IMG/VR virus record: IMGVR_UViG_3300020577_006105
DNA: 64,000 bases
Strand: one strand, 5' to 3'
Origin: a virus
Taxonomy: Duplodnaviria; Caudoviricetes
Shown: piece after piece, positions 8,744 to 17,799 of the stretch
Numbering within the stretch: the stretch's first letter is position 1
Layout of the letters: each line of letters opens with the position of its first letter
The notes under the pieces: model-generated
What the model was told of the DNA's origin: nothing
The model's database searches: none
Seen by the model: only the letters and a program-made list of their open reading frames with translations
Position numbers and translations under genes: made by a program

Positions 8744-11224
8744 TTATGTACTCGTAATGCTATTGATAGTGTAAGTAGAATTTTTGAATGTAATTACAAG
8801 CCTAAACTTGGCATCATTACCAGAACCAGACGGCCCTGTAGTATATGTACCAATCGACCAGTTTAGTGTGCTGCCAGAACTACCTGTATTTCTGGCACCA
8901 TAAGCAAGTGCTCGTGTGCTTCCGTCTCTTGTGCCTGGGTCTGCACCAACATCAACACCAAGGTCAAACCACTTTGCGTCGTTCTCTAAGTAAATCAACA
9001 TGTTTATGTTTCCAGTATTCCAAGAAGCAATATTGGTGACTGTGAAACCAGTAAATGTCAAAGTGCCTGTTGAGGCAGATGTCTTATAGAAATACCTTTC
9101 ATATTCTCTGTCGCCAGTAAACGACGGCGTGTAGTTATATGGCGAAGGATTATTCTGATAATCTGCAACCACGGGATAACTCAACTGTCCATTTCTTACT
9201 TGTGCATAATTCCCCACAGTGTCAAAGGAGGTTGAAGACGAATACGACCCAAACGCAGTCGTAGATGGGTGCGCCCGAAGCCGATAACCCTCGTCATAAA
9301 AGTATTCAATTGTTGTTGTACTGTAGTTCGATGGATAGGTATTCACTGGTCTTGCTAACGTCGCACTGCTGCTTGCTGTGTTTCCTGTTGGTTTATACAA
9401 GGTTGTAGTAAGGTTCCTGGTTGTAATCGGCGGTGGCGTAGCCTGGTTTGAAACATCAAGTGTTACTAAAACAGGTGTGCTAACCCTGTCATATGTATCA
9501 GTGTATGTAGGTGTTGGTGATGGCAGTAAATTGATGTTATTTGAACCAGTACAAACCACTCTTGCTACCTGTGTTGGATGGTAACAACGATTGAAAATAC
9601 CTGCGGCCGCAACAAAACTAGCATTTAGTGTGGTGTTCAAGTCATAATATATGATGCCAGATAGCCATTTATCTACAGGCGTTACCTCTGCCACCGCTGT
9701 GCCTGTTGAGAATGAAGGGTTTGGATTTGAAGAACTGTAGGTGTCGCGCCAGTATTCTCGCTTAAGTGTTTCGCCGCCAACTGTATGATTGAGCGTATGG
9801 CCCTTGTACCCATCTGCTGAATGTGTGTAAGTAATGCTTGTGCTTGCAATACGCCAGATGCTATTGTATGTACTGATGACAATGTTAAGTGTGCCAGAAC
9901 TTCCATTGATATTGGTTGTCAGGTCATATGAAGCGTTATTAGAAGACGAACCGCCAGAGTACAAAACGTGATATATGGTCCCAAAAGCGGACGGCTTTCC
10001 CTTCCAGCCAAGATGGTAAGTGTTAGATGGACTCGCAGAATCTAAAACAAATGAGCTGCCCACACAGTAAGTTGTAATCGTATCGCCGGCGGTTTTGCCA
10101 CCCTGATACCAGTCGCTCGACGTAAGACCACTGGATAGAATCGCACTATACAAAGACGGAGTTGTGGTTTGCGTAAGTACTGTACCACCGAGGTCATTAC
10201 CCTGAGCAGGTACGATGTCAATGAGCAATTCATTTACATCGTCAAATGCATCACTAATATCTGTGGTTCCAGTCCAATCTTCAAAGAAACCATCTGTGTA
10301 CACTCCGTCATTAGGTATTCCAATATCTAGTGTGGTTCCAGATGCAGGGTCTTCCCAAGATGGCAAGCCGGCATTAACAGTCAAGACCTGACCGCTAGAA
10401 CCAATGCCATACCTTTGCCATGAACCAGAAGCACGTCTGATAATGTCGCCATTGGCCTCAGATGGGATAGTTAAACCTGAAATCAAAAAGGTCTGTGCTG
10501 GCGCAAACACAATGGCGTTATTAAATGTGTGAGTACCAGTCCATGTAAGATTTGCGCCCAGGTTCAAAGCCACAGAACCGGTGCTAATAATAGGGTCTGG
10601 TGTAAGTGTGATACCAGTACCGGCAGATATTGAAGTTACACCAGAGCCAATATCAACCCATGAGCCATTGTATAGCTTAGTGGTGCCAGAAACCGTGTTG
10701 TAATACAGGTCGCCTAAATTGCCTGTAACTGGATTGCTCGCACGATTCGACAGCCTAAGGATACCGGTTCCCATGTTGAGGTCACCGGACATAGGGTCGT
10801 TACTTGCATCAAGTTTGAGGAACAATGTATTGGCTTGTGACAATGTCAATGCGCCGATTTGAGCAACGTCTTGCCATCCAATCGAAGTGTAGATACGCAG
10901 AACACCAAGTCCTGTGTCGTAATAAAGCGCACCAATGGCGTTCTCTGTTGGTTCTACACTTGTGGAAAGCAACCTGAGTCCATATGGACCTGGAGACGAC
11001 GGAAGAAATTCAAGGTTACCTGTAATCGTATCGCCAGAACGCTTGACATAGTAGTTTGGAGTAACAGACAGTGTGAGCGTATTGTCAACTACATTCATGT
11101 CGAGCGGAGACTCGACTGCTAACAGCAAATCACCCGACAAACTGTTAAGAGAGCGAACGTAATTGGGACCGACTTCAAGACCTGGTACCTTTCGGGGTGG
11201 TACGATATAGAAGCCGTCAGCCAT
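8744..11224 (-). CDS. Putative tail/fibre-associated structural protein (826 aa)
   Basis: S/T/G/Y-rich with fibre-like motifs (YVKRSGDTITGNL, GALYYDT, GDLYYNT, GVTSISAGTGITL, GSSGQVLTVNAGLPSW); co-oriented and abutting the giant fibre gene. Confidence 0.7.
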   Translation of the reverse strand: MADGFYIVPPRKVPGLEVGPNYVRSLNSLSGDLLLAVESPLDMNVVDNTLTLSVTPNYYVKRSGDTITGNLEFLPSSPGPYGLRLLSTSVEPTENAIGALYYDTGLGVLRIYTSIGWQDVAQIGALTLSQANTLFLKLDASNDPMSGDLNMGTGILRLSNRASNPVTGNLGDLYYNTVSGTTKLYNGSWVDIGSGVTSISAGTGITLTPDPIISTGSVALNLGANLTWTGTHTFNNAIVFAPAQTFLISGLTIPSEANGDIIRRASGSWQRYGIGSSGQVLTVNAGLPSWEDPASGTTLDIGIPNDGVYTDGFFEDWTGTTDISDAFDDVNELLIDIVPAQGNDLGGTVLTQTTTPSLYSAILSSGLTSSDWYQGGKTAGDTITTYCVGSSFVLDSASPSNTYHLGWKGKPSAFGTIYHVLYSGGSSSNNASYDLTTNINGSSGTLNIVISTYNSIWRIASTSITYTHSADGYKGHTLNHTVGGETLKREYWRDTYSSSNPNPSFSTGTAVAEVTPVDKWLSGIIYYDLNTTLNASFVAAAGIFNRCYHPTQVARVVCTGSNNINLLPSPTPTYTDTYDRVSTPVLVTLDVSNQATPPPITTRNLTTTLYKPTGNTASSSATLARPVNTYPSNYSTTTIEYFYDEGYRLRAHPSTTAFGSYSSSTSFDTVGNYAQVRNGQLSYPVVADYQNNPSPYNYTPSFTGDREYERYFYKTSASTGTLTFTGFTVTNIASWNTGNINMLIYLENDAKWFDLGVDVGADPGTRDGSTRALAYGARNTGSSGSTLNWSIGTYTTGPSGSGNDAKFRLVITFKNSTYTINSITST

Positions 11225-13076
11225 GATATTCCTCCAATAGCGCAGTTGCGTTTAAGAAGCCATTCACGCCGTCAGCAACTGCGCTCAGGCGAATAACATC
11301 ACCTGATGTCAAAATTGATTCAGTAAAGTCAACGCATCCAATCTGTGCATTATGCACATTAAGGAAACCCTCAAAGATTTCCTGTCCATTCCTTTTTACT
11401 TGCAACCTTATTGGCGCAGAAAGTGCAAATGGTAAAACATCTATACGCTTGAGCTTCCATCTTGTCGTACTAGATGGGTTTGATACTGAAAATGGCACAA
11501 CCACCGCGCATGCCTCAAGACTGCTTGCTTGAATAGCATCATCAGATAAATTCAATGCTTGTGCCAGCGACAATACGACAACATGTTTCTGGGATATATC
11601 AGAACCGCTGTTCACCAACGCTTTCTTACCACGGCGACTTTGCAAATAGACATCGTCACCGTCGGTCCAAATAGAACCAATTGAGGGTGACTCAAGGTTG
11701 CGCAATACCTTAAGCCTAACCACATCTACATTAGCAAATTTTGATTCTAGAGAATCAAACTTGTGATTGGCCGTCCATGTAAACTCAGAATTGTTGTCAA
11801 TGGACACGACCTTGTCGACAAGTTTAATCCCTGGACCAGCACTAATGACCAATGGTGGTTCTATCCATTGTGGAATTGAGTTGACCCCGTCTGATGAAAG
11901 CACATGGCCTTGCGGCCCCGGTTGAATAGCCGTCCATGCATCTCGACTACGAGCAACAAGAATGGCACCACGACGAGTAACACCAGACAAATCATCACCG
12001 GTTCCACCTAAATGAACAGGTGTTACAGATGTCAACTGCAATTGATTAGAACCAGTAAGCGCGATTCTTTGCTTGTTATCATTAACAAAGAACAGCGCAT
12101 TGCCATCTGTTTCTAACCTAACACGGCGGTGACCGCCTTCAATCTTTACCGCAGCAATATCAATCCATGCCGGTAATCTCGATGCGCTAATTCCAAGCAC
12201 CCATCCTTCGCCATTTGGTACCGCTAGGCGCACCAACTCGCCATTGGCGTTGGCATATAGCAAATCGCCTGCGGCGAACCTATCGAGACCAGTGCCGCCC
12301 TGGGATACAGGAATCAGACCATGAATCAAGTCTGACTGCACTCCACCATCGGTCATTACACCACGCGCATTAAACTTGACAGCGCCTATCTCAAAAGCAC
12401 CAGTCTTCTTGAGGATGATACTGGTTTCACTGATGCCAATAGAAGCACGATTTTGGTTTGAATTGACAATCAAATCGCGGCCGACTTTCAACGTTCCATT
12501 CACGGAAACCGTGTTGGCAGACACAGAAATTGGACTATCAGATAAGAAATTACCATTCAGTGAACATGGAACAAACCCGTCTGAAATCTCGCCACGAATA
12601 TTACCAACAAACATCCATGTCGGTAGTCCATTTTGTGCGACTAGTGCTTGACCGGTTACACCAATAGGCAGTCGACCAATGAAATTGTTGTCTGGGGCAA
12701 AAAGAATCTCACCGCGAGATATTTGAGCAAGTCCTGTTCCTCCATGAGAGACGGCGAGTACACCAGATACATAATCTAATGTTGGCGTGCTCCAAGAAAC
12801 CCTAGAACCGTCAAAGAACAGCACTTTATAAGGGTTGCTGGGAGTGGCTCTTTGTATTGCAATGCCGTTGTGCCAATAAACAGCACCTAAAGTGGCGTTA
12901 TTGTCAACAACTTGTTCAATTTGATATCGCTGTGAACCAGAAAACTGCACGGGTTCAGTAAACACGTGCTGACCAGACCAAGACATACCTCGAGATAAAT
13001 CAACCAGTAAAACACCGGCCTCATTGAGTCTCAACCCTTGCCCAATAGCCCTTATTTGAAGAAATTCATCCGCCAC
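11217..13076 (-). CDS. Putative tail-fibre-like protein (~619 aa; likely GTG start 13076 rather than 13232)
   Basis: Three repeats of [LT]xVxxGGTG...G.[IL]L.A...G..G.[VA]L.....P.W typical of phage fibres. GTG at 13076 gives MADEFLQIRAIG (cf. MADGFYIV of the next gene), has a TATAAG 6 nt upstream, and avoids overlap with the divergent 13193 gene and its promoter. Confidence 0.65.
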   Translation of the reverse strand: MADEFLQIRAIGQGLRLNEAGVLLVDLSRGMSWSGQHVFTEPVQFSGSQRYQIEQVVDNNATLGAVYWHNGIAIQRATPSNPYKVLFFDGSRVSWSTPTLDYVSGVLAVSHGGTGLAQISRGEILFAPDNNFIGRLPIGVTGQALVAQNGLPTWMFVGNIRGEISDGFVPCSLNGNFLSDSPISVSANTVSVNGTLKVGRDLIVNSNQNRASIGISETSIILKKTGAFEIGAVKFNARGVMTDGGVQSDLIHGLIPVSQGGTGLDRFAAGDLLYANANGELVRLAVPNGEGWVLGISASRLPAWIDIAAVKIEGGHRRVRLETDGNALFFVNDNKQRIALTGSNQLQLTSVTPVHLGGTGDDLSGVTRRGAILVARSRDAWTAIQPGPQGHVLSSDGVNSIPQWIEPPLVISAGPGIKLVDKVVSIDNNSEFTWTANHKFDSLESKFANVDVVRLKVLRNLESPSIGSIWTDGDDVYLQSRRGKKALVNSGSDISQKHVVVLSLAQALNLSDDAIQASSLEACAVVVPFSVSNPSSTTRWKLKRIDVLPFALSAPIRLQVKRNGQEIFEGFLNVHNAQIGCVDFTESILTSGDVIRLSAVADGVNGFLNATALLEEYHG

Positions 13077-13122
13077 AAGACACTTATACTGAGACAAGAT
13101 AGAAAAAAGTCGCATAAGTAGT

Positions 13123-13150
13123 AGGTATCGAGAATATTGGTGCAGAAAAA
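13123..13150 (+). promoter_or_regulatory. AGG-N19-GAA putative phage late promoter
   Basis: AGG TATCGAGAATATTGGTGCA GAAAAA upstream of the 13193 gene. Confidence 0.55.
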
Positions 13151-13192
13151 CAATGCAGGGACGCCTCGACGGCCCAACACAGGAGAAACACA

Positions 13193-13639
13193 ATGCCAAC
13201 ATATCCAAGCAATTTGAACGACCCTTCAACAACGGTCAATAACTTGACCGATTTGCGAGAACTTAACAACCCAGTGGGTACAAACGGTGACCCGGACATC
13301 AGTAACCCAACTGCGACCTATGATGATGTCGCCACAGCCCTCAACAAACTCTTGGTTGAACTCTATCAAGTCAAGAGCCAGTTCATCGGCATGTACGACA
13401 TTGCTGACCCAACCGGCGTTGGTGTAACAACCAACTCCAACATCACGTCGGCTGAACAAGCCTACATCTCTGCACATTTTGGATTGAAGATTCACTATCT
13501 CACCAGTCGCGCAATGTCGTTGGCTCGAGAGATTCAGAACATCCAAGCCGACATCAACACTGCCGTTGGTTCCTCTGGTGCCCAGGCTCCTGTTGGTGTT
13601 ACGGCTACAATGCCTTCGGACTACAACCGAGGCTGGTAA
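13193..13639 (+). CDS. Hypothetical protein, likely abundant virion component (148 aa)
   Basis: Strong SD (AGGAG, 7 nt before ATG), own putative promoter and a strong terminator. C-ending codon bias. Helical segments. Confidence 0.75.
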   Translation: MPTYPSNLNDPSTTVNNLTDLRELNNPVGTNGDPDISNPTATYDDVATALNKLLVELYQVKSQFIGMYDIADPTGVGVTTNSNITSAEQAYISAHFGLKIHYLTSRAMSLAREIQNIQADINTAVGSSGAQAPVGVTATMPSDYNRGW

Positions 13640-13679
13640 CAATCCCATCTGTGTTCGAGGCACGACGGGTTCGTCCTTC

Positions 13680-13713
13680 AAACAAGACACTGCATTGCAG
13701 TGTCTTGTTTTTT
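13680..13713 (+). terminator. Intrinsic terminator
   Basis: AAACAAGACACTGC-ATT-GCAGTGTCTTGTTT perfect stem running into a T tract. Confidence 0.85.
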
Positions 13714-13715
13714 GT

Positions 13716-13743
13716 AGGTGAAGTGTGCCTAGCTTTATAAATA
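13716..13743 (+). promoter_or_regulatory. AGG-N19-TAA putative phage late promoter
   Basis: AGG TGAAGTGTGCCTAGCTTTA TAAATA, 6 nt before GTG 13750. Confidence 0.6.
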
Positions 13744-13749
13744 CTCATT

Positions 13750-14052
13750 GTGGACATCAAACAGTACATGAAGCCCCAAAGTCAAGGGAAAACATCAAAG
13801 TTTTCTCTTACTCGTACTTGTCCAGGGTGTAACAAGCAGTTCAATATGTCAGAAGTGGCATGGGTTTCCAATCCCCGCTGCTTTATGAACAATTCAAGTG
13901 ATTGTCCATTAGTCCAAGCACAAAACGCATGGATACAGAATAATCCAATCGACAGTAGATTACAGACTGCAGAAAGTCTTTACGAAATGGGTAATGACCG
14001 AATTGCCAACAAAGTCATCGACCAGTTACTCGATGATATCCTCGGAATCTGA
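13750..14052 (+). CDS. Small Cys-containing protein with C-terminal G-x4-A-x2-V helical motif (100 aa)
   Basis: CPGC...C...C putative Zn site; ends LQTAESLYEMGNDRIANKVIDQLL. Confidence 0.65.
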   Translation: MDIKQYMKPQSQGKTSKFSLTRTCPGCNKQFNMSEVAWVSNPRCFMNNSSDCPLVQAQNAWIQNNPIDSRLQTAESLYEMGNDRIANKVIDQLLDDILGI

Positions 14053-14343
14053 TTCCAAATATCTGGCTTCAATCTGTTCATCAATCATTGCAGCGCGTTT
14101 TTCCATTGCAATGAATCTCTCGAGGTCAATCAAACAACTGTCTGGCATTCTTGGCAAGCGATGCATTGGGCAAGTCAACATGATGTGTGCCTGCCAATCT
14201 GGATACGACACTGGTCGCTCATACTGCGCACTCTTGACGTCTCCGTGCCCCAAGTATCTCATTTCGTGCTTTTGCACATTGAACGTTGCACCACACACAT
14301 GACATTTAGAGCGAGTCATTACCCACCACCATGCTTTTGACAC
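14026..14343 (-). CDS. Hypothetical zinc-finger-like protein (105 aa)
   Basis: CHVC...CPMH; last gene of the minus-strand run. Confidence 0.55.
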   Translation of the reverse strand: MSKAWWWVMTRSKCHVCGATFNVQKHEMRYLGHGDVKSAQYERPVSYPDWQAHIMLTCPMHRLPRMPDSCLIDLERFIAMEKRAAMIDEQIEARYLESDSEDIIE

Positions 14344-14617
14344 CTTGAATCAACTCATGTGTGCTATTGAACCAATGTGAACCAAACGAATCCACAACGC
14401 AATGCAGACTTGTGCCTGCGAGGCCCCAATTGGTGTTAAAGCAACAAACAACCGGAAGTCCAAATTCTTGTCGGATATCAACCATCCACTTGACAACATC
14501 CCAACAATTACCCTTTGTATACTCAAACACTAAGGCATCATACTCATTGCTGTCTGGAGCGGTCTGAGAAGACCAAACTCGCATCACATCATTCAGTTCT
14601 TGAACAACACCAGGCAT
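14306..14617 (-). CDS. Hypothetical protein (103 aa)
   Basis: Stop/start overlap (TAATG) with the nucleotidyltransferase gene. YTKGNCW...LHCVV pattern may be a Cys/His pair (speculative). Confidence 0.6.
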   Translation of the reverse strand: MPGVVQELNDVMRVWSSQTAPDSNEYDALVFEYTKGNCWDVVKWMVDIRQEFGLPVVCCFNTNWGLAGTSLHCVVDSFGSHWFNSTHELIQGVKSMVVGNDSL

Positions 14618-15309
14618 TACATCTCACCCATGTGTGTCCAATATGCAAATGTTGCCTCTGTGACCAGTTCATTCAGCAATTCGTTACCGATATCTTCTGG
14701 GAGTCCGCATTTATGTAATTGTGCATCAATGGATTCATGCATATTTTTAGCCTTGTCGTGTGCTAGGTGAATTGAAGACCTAGCAAACTTAATGTCCATT
14801 AGCTCATCTCGGTGCTCTAATACTTGCACATCAAAAACACCTGTATCCAGCCATCGTTGAATCATATATCCAACTCTTACAGCATGCGATAATTGCTTGT
14901 GGATATTAGGCGTGTCATCACTAAGTTTTAGCCTGGTCATTGCCTCGATGAACCCGAGTGATTTCGTAATCAAAGCCTGGGTTAAGAATGCACTTCGCTG
15001 AAGAACAAAACAATCAAACGCAGGATGTTGCACGATGATACAAGACTCTGGTGCGAACAATGTTTCAACCCAAAAAGAAGAACCATTGGCCAGGTGCTTT
15101 GCATAATCATGCAAAGTCTTATAGGTTTCATCGGCTTCTGGGTGTTTAATGGTCTGGTATGGAGCAAAACCAAGAGTGCGCTTAGGGGTGTTAATGAACA
15201 CACCAAGCGAATCTTCGTCGCTGTTGTCATGATTTAGTCCATACATATATGAACCAGAGCGCACGGCATACACCGTCCTATTCCTGACATATTCTAATTC
15301 TTGGTTCAC
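14617..15309 (-). CDS. Pol-beta-superfamily nucleotidyltransferase, RlaP/YcgL-like (230 aa)
   Basis: VRSGSYMYGLNHDNSDEDSLGVF (GS...YGL...SDxD) motif, plus C-terminal KQLSHAVRV and ELMDIK helices typical of this family. Confidence 0.8.
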   Translation of the reverse strand: MNQELEYVRNRTVYAVRSGSYMYGLNHDNSDEDSLGVFINTPKRTLGFAPYQTIKHPEADETYKTLHDYAKHLANGSSFWVETLFAPESCIIVQHPAFDCFVLQRSAFLTQALITKSLGFIEAMTRLKLSDDTPNIHKQLSHAVRVGYMIQRWLDTGVFDVQVLEHRDELMDIKFARSSIHLAHDKAKNMHESIDAQLHKCGLPEDIGNELLNELVTEATFAYWTHMGEM

Positions 15310-15315
15310 ACAAGC

Positions 15316-15324
15316 ATTATACCA
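15316..15324 (-). promoter_or_regulatory. Extended -10 element (TGGTATAAT) 6 nt before GTG start
   Basis: Consensus TGnTATAAT; no SD between it and the start. Confidence 0.65.
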
Positions 15325-15327
15325 GCT

Positions 15328-15903
15328 TTACTTAAACCAGGTTAACCTCAGAATACCGAACTGTATGAGGCATTCCAAGACACCAACCAATCCAATGAAA
15401 GCGTATAGCCAAATTCTCCATCGCTTCCAAAAATCCAATGACTTTTGATTTTGAGTGTGAAGGTCTCTTACCATGGTCATTGTTGAATTCGATACTTGAT
15501 TCATAGAGTCATAAAACTCTTGGGCTGATTTTCTCAAATCAGAAATATCTTTGTCAGTGCCCTCAACCTTGTTTAAGATTTTGTCCAAAATGACCACGAA
15601 CTCATTGAACCTTTGGGAGAACACAGAGTGGTCAAGTCGAATGGCTTCTTCGGCGTGCTTGATACTTTCGCCAACTACAGTGACACATGTAACAATTTCT
15701 GAAAAATACTGCTCAATATTGGCGTCATTGTCTTTAACACCATCATGGAGCTGTCTAAGCAGTTCCATGATACGCGCAAGGGCGAGAGAATACTTCTCGT
15801 AAACCTCGGCCATGGCCTCATAGGCACCAACCTGTAGCCTAACCTGCTCTGATAATTGATGAATCTTTTCTTCAGAGCTGTTGTGTTCACCAGACGAGAA
15901 CAC
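15328..15903 (-). CDS. Coiled-coil protein with C-terminal transmembrane anchor (191 aa)
   Basis: Long heptad helix, then WKRWRIWLYAFIGLVGVLECLIQFGIL hydrophobic segment. Confidence 0.7.
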   Translation of the reverse strand: MFSSGEHNSSEEKIHQLSEQVRLQVGAYEAMAEVYEKYSLALARIMELLRQLHDGVKDNDANIEQYFSEIVTCVTVVGESIKHAEEAIRLDHSVFSQRFNEFVVILDKILNKVEGTDKDISDLRKSAQEFYDSMNQVSNSTMTMVRDLHTQNQKSLDFWKRWRIWLYAFIGLVGVLECLIQFGILRLTWFK

Positions 15904-15905
15904 AA

Positions 15906-16262
15906 TTAAAACGCCCCACTTAAGGCCTTGTCAAGCAAAGCACCGGCAAATTTGAGCCTTTCTGCCGGGTCAGTGACATCATGTAACTCGAACAAAATAC
16001 AATCTGTTTTATGGTTGAGTTTTTTGCTGATAACCTTGTATTGCTTGCCGCTTATATCAACGATTTGACCATCAGACATTTGAACAGTCGATAGGTCTTT
16101 GCCCTTGATGCTTTTTGCTGCTTTATTGCAGGCCACCAACCCATTACTTGGGCTGGTAACAAAGGCCGGACACTGAATGGCATCAACTAAACCTCTTACG
16201 AGTGCTGTGGCGGTGTTTGGGTCTTTTAGTGGCATAACTGGCTCCACTAAATCTTTTCGCAC
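15906..16262 (-). CDS. Stand-alone PAS-like domain protein (118 aa)
   Basis: LVDAIQCPAFVTSPSNGLVACNKAAKSI and terminal FELHDVTD...ERLK match the PAS N-cap (N.AA) and DIT motifs. Confidence 0.55.
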   Translation of the reverse strand: MRKDLVEPVMPLKDPNTATALVRGLVDAIQCPAFVTSPSNGLVACNKAAKSIKGKDLSTVQMSDGQIVDISGKQYKVISKKLNHKTDCILFELHDVTDPAERLKFAGALLDKALSGAF

Positions 16263-16278
16263 GCAGTGATATTACAAC

Positions 16279-17238
16279 CTACGACTCATTATCAAAAATT
16301 CTCTTTTGATAGTCCTCAAACACGTCCATTGTAGTGTCATCTGGAATCAGAATCACAATGTGTTTCAAATTCTTGGTTTGAACAGTGACCAAGAACTCAT
16401 GGATGGTCGAAATCTGTGCTTGAGCAGTAAGTTCAATGTCATATCCACCATAATCCATCGGCATCATTGCCAACGTGGTAATACCGTTAGCCTCTGCGTG
16501 ATATAGTGTTTTCCTTACAGCGTCTTCGATTTCAACAACATTGATGGATTGTACTCCGGCGACAACTCCTCGGTACACCAAACTACGCGCACTGACACTT
16601 GGATATGGCGACTTGACCGGATACACCTCTCCTGTCACAATTGGCCCTTGATAAGACGTGCTTGCTGCATCGAAATACGCGCCGGCATGTCTCATAAGCA
16701 TAAGGTCCATTGGTTCCAACAAGTTGTTTACAGGAACCAACATTGCATCACATTTGACCTTATATGGGTCTGGAACCTGGTGCATAGAAAACGTTGCATC
16801 AGAGGCATATTCAAGACTACCGGCAGAATAGCTTTCTTGTTCGGATTCTGCACGCTCTTCGGCCTGTTTTTCAGCAATTGCCGGTGGAGTAAATGAAGTT
16901 AATGGACGAGCCTCTGGTTCGTCTTCATCTTCGTCTTCAAATGGATTGTATGTATCAGCCACATCTCGGGCATTGGGGTCTACATCGCCCTCGTCATAAT
17001 CATACAACAGCGGCAAAACACTACAATTGTCCCACGAACCACCACAGTCTTCGGCCCAATCTTCGGGTGTTAAGTCACGGCTTTCTGAGACCAAACTTGT
17101 CGCCTCGTCTAATGTCATCGCATTCTTGATAAAGCAAAAACCCTTACCGCTCTTGTTCGGAGTGTAAAATGGACACGAGCAAGCCTCGGTAATATGCTGA
17201 ATCACAGCTATTTGTGTCTTTGGTTTTCTAGGTGGCAC
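16279..17238 (-). CDS. Cys-rich N-terminus + acidic linker + degenerate macrodomain (319 aa)
   Basis: KCDAMLVPVNNLL...RHAG...GEVYPVKSP...LYHAEANGITTLAMMPMDYGGY...LKHIVIL follows macrodomain order; N-terminal CSCPFY..C..C..C. Confidence 0.65.
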   Translation of the reverse strand: MPPRKPKTQIAVIQHITEACSCPFYTPNKSGKGFCFIKNAMTLDEATSLVSESRDLTPEDWAEDCGGSWDNCSVLPLLYDYDEGDVDPNARDVADTYNPFEDEDEDEPEARPLTSFTPPAIAEKQAEERAESEQESYSAGSLEYASDATFSMHQVPDPYKVKCDAMLVPVNNLLEPMDLMLMRHAGAYFDAASTSYQGPIVTGEVYPVKSPYPSVSARSLVYRGVVAGVQSINVVEIEDAVRKTLYHAEANGITTLAMMPMDYGGYDIELTAQAQISTIHEFLVTVQTKNLKHIVILIPDDTTMDVFEDYQKRIFDNES

Positions 17239-17243
17239 GAAGT

Positions 17244-17252
17244 ATTATGTCA
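17244..17252 (-). promoter_or_regulatory. Extended -10 element (TGACATAAT) 5 nt before GTG start
   Basis: TGn + CATAAT directly upstream of the macrodomain gene. Confidence 0.5.
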
Positions 17253-17256
17253 CTGT

Positions 17257-17799
17257 TTACGTTTTAGGCGTTGGTGTCTTGCCTCGTTGTTTGGCCTTAG
17301 CCTGAGCGGCGGCAAATTGTCGACTAAATTCATCATAGATTTTTCGATTAACCGCCTCGAGTTGCTTCATGTTATATGGCTGTTGAATCATCGAGAAAAA
17401 GTTTCTCATACCAGTCATGAGTTCTTGTTGACCAGAAATCTGTGCATATTGTTGTAGCCACTGATAGCACCGACGATTGAAACTCGCCATTGACTCTCCT
17501 GGCATAAGTTGTGGAACAGGAACACCTCTTGCTGGACCTGCAGTCGGCCTAAACCAACCAAGTACGGGACCGAATGTTTCCCACATCTTGGTGCGCTGAC
17601 CGCCATGCAATCCAAGTTCACTGCGACCAATTTGTGTAATATGATTGGAATTCAGAAGTTCGGGACCATTAGCCGCAATGCGCTCAGCAGCAGCAATCAC
17701 TTGCGACGCCTCGCGGGTCATACCGCTATCGCGCAAACTTCTAATGACATCATACAACGCCCTATTCAGTTCGTTCTGGTTGCTCATTTGGTTGCTCAT
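17257..17799 (-). CDS. Hypothetical protein with N-terminal G-x4-A-x2-V motif (180 aa), possible internal virion protein
   Basis: SLRDSGMTREASQVI...ERIAA; overlaps the end of the upstream gene. Confidence 0.65.
   Translation of the reverse strand: MSNQMSNQNELNRALYDVIRSLRDSGMTREASQVIAAAERIAANGPELLNSNHITQIGRSELGLHGGQRTKMWETFGPVLGWFRPTAGPARGVPVPQLMPGESMASFNRRCYQWLQQYAQISGQQELMTGMRNFFSMIQQPYNMKQLEAVNRKIYDEFSRQFAAAQAKAKQRGKTPTPKT

Noticed and set aside
13077-13232. ORF-track N-terminal extensions (671-aa ORF here; likewise 19458-19673 and 23501-23527)
   Set aside because: They overlap divergent genes or promoter motifs and read as non-protein-like; downstream starts have better signals.
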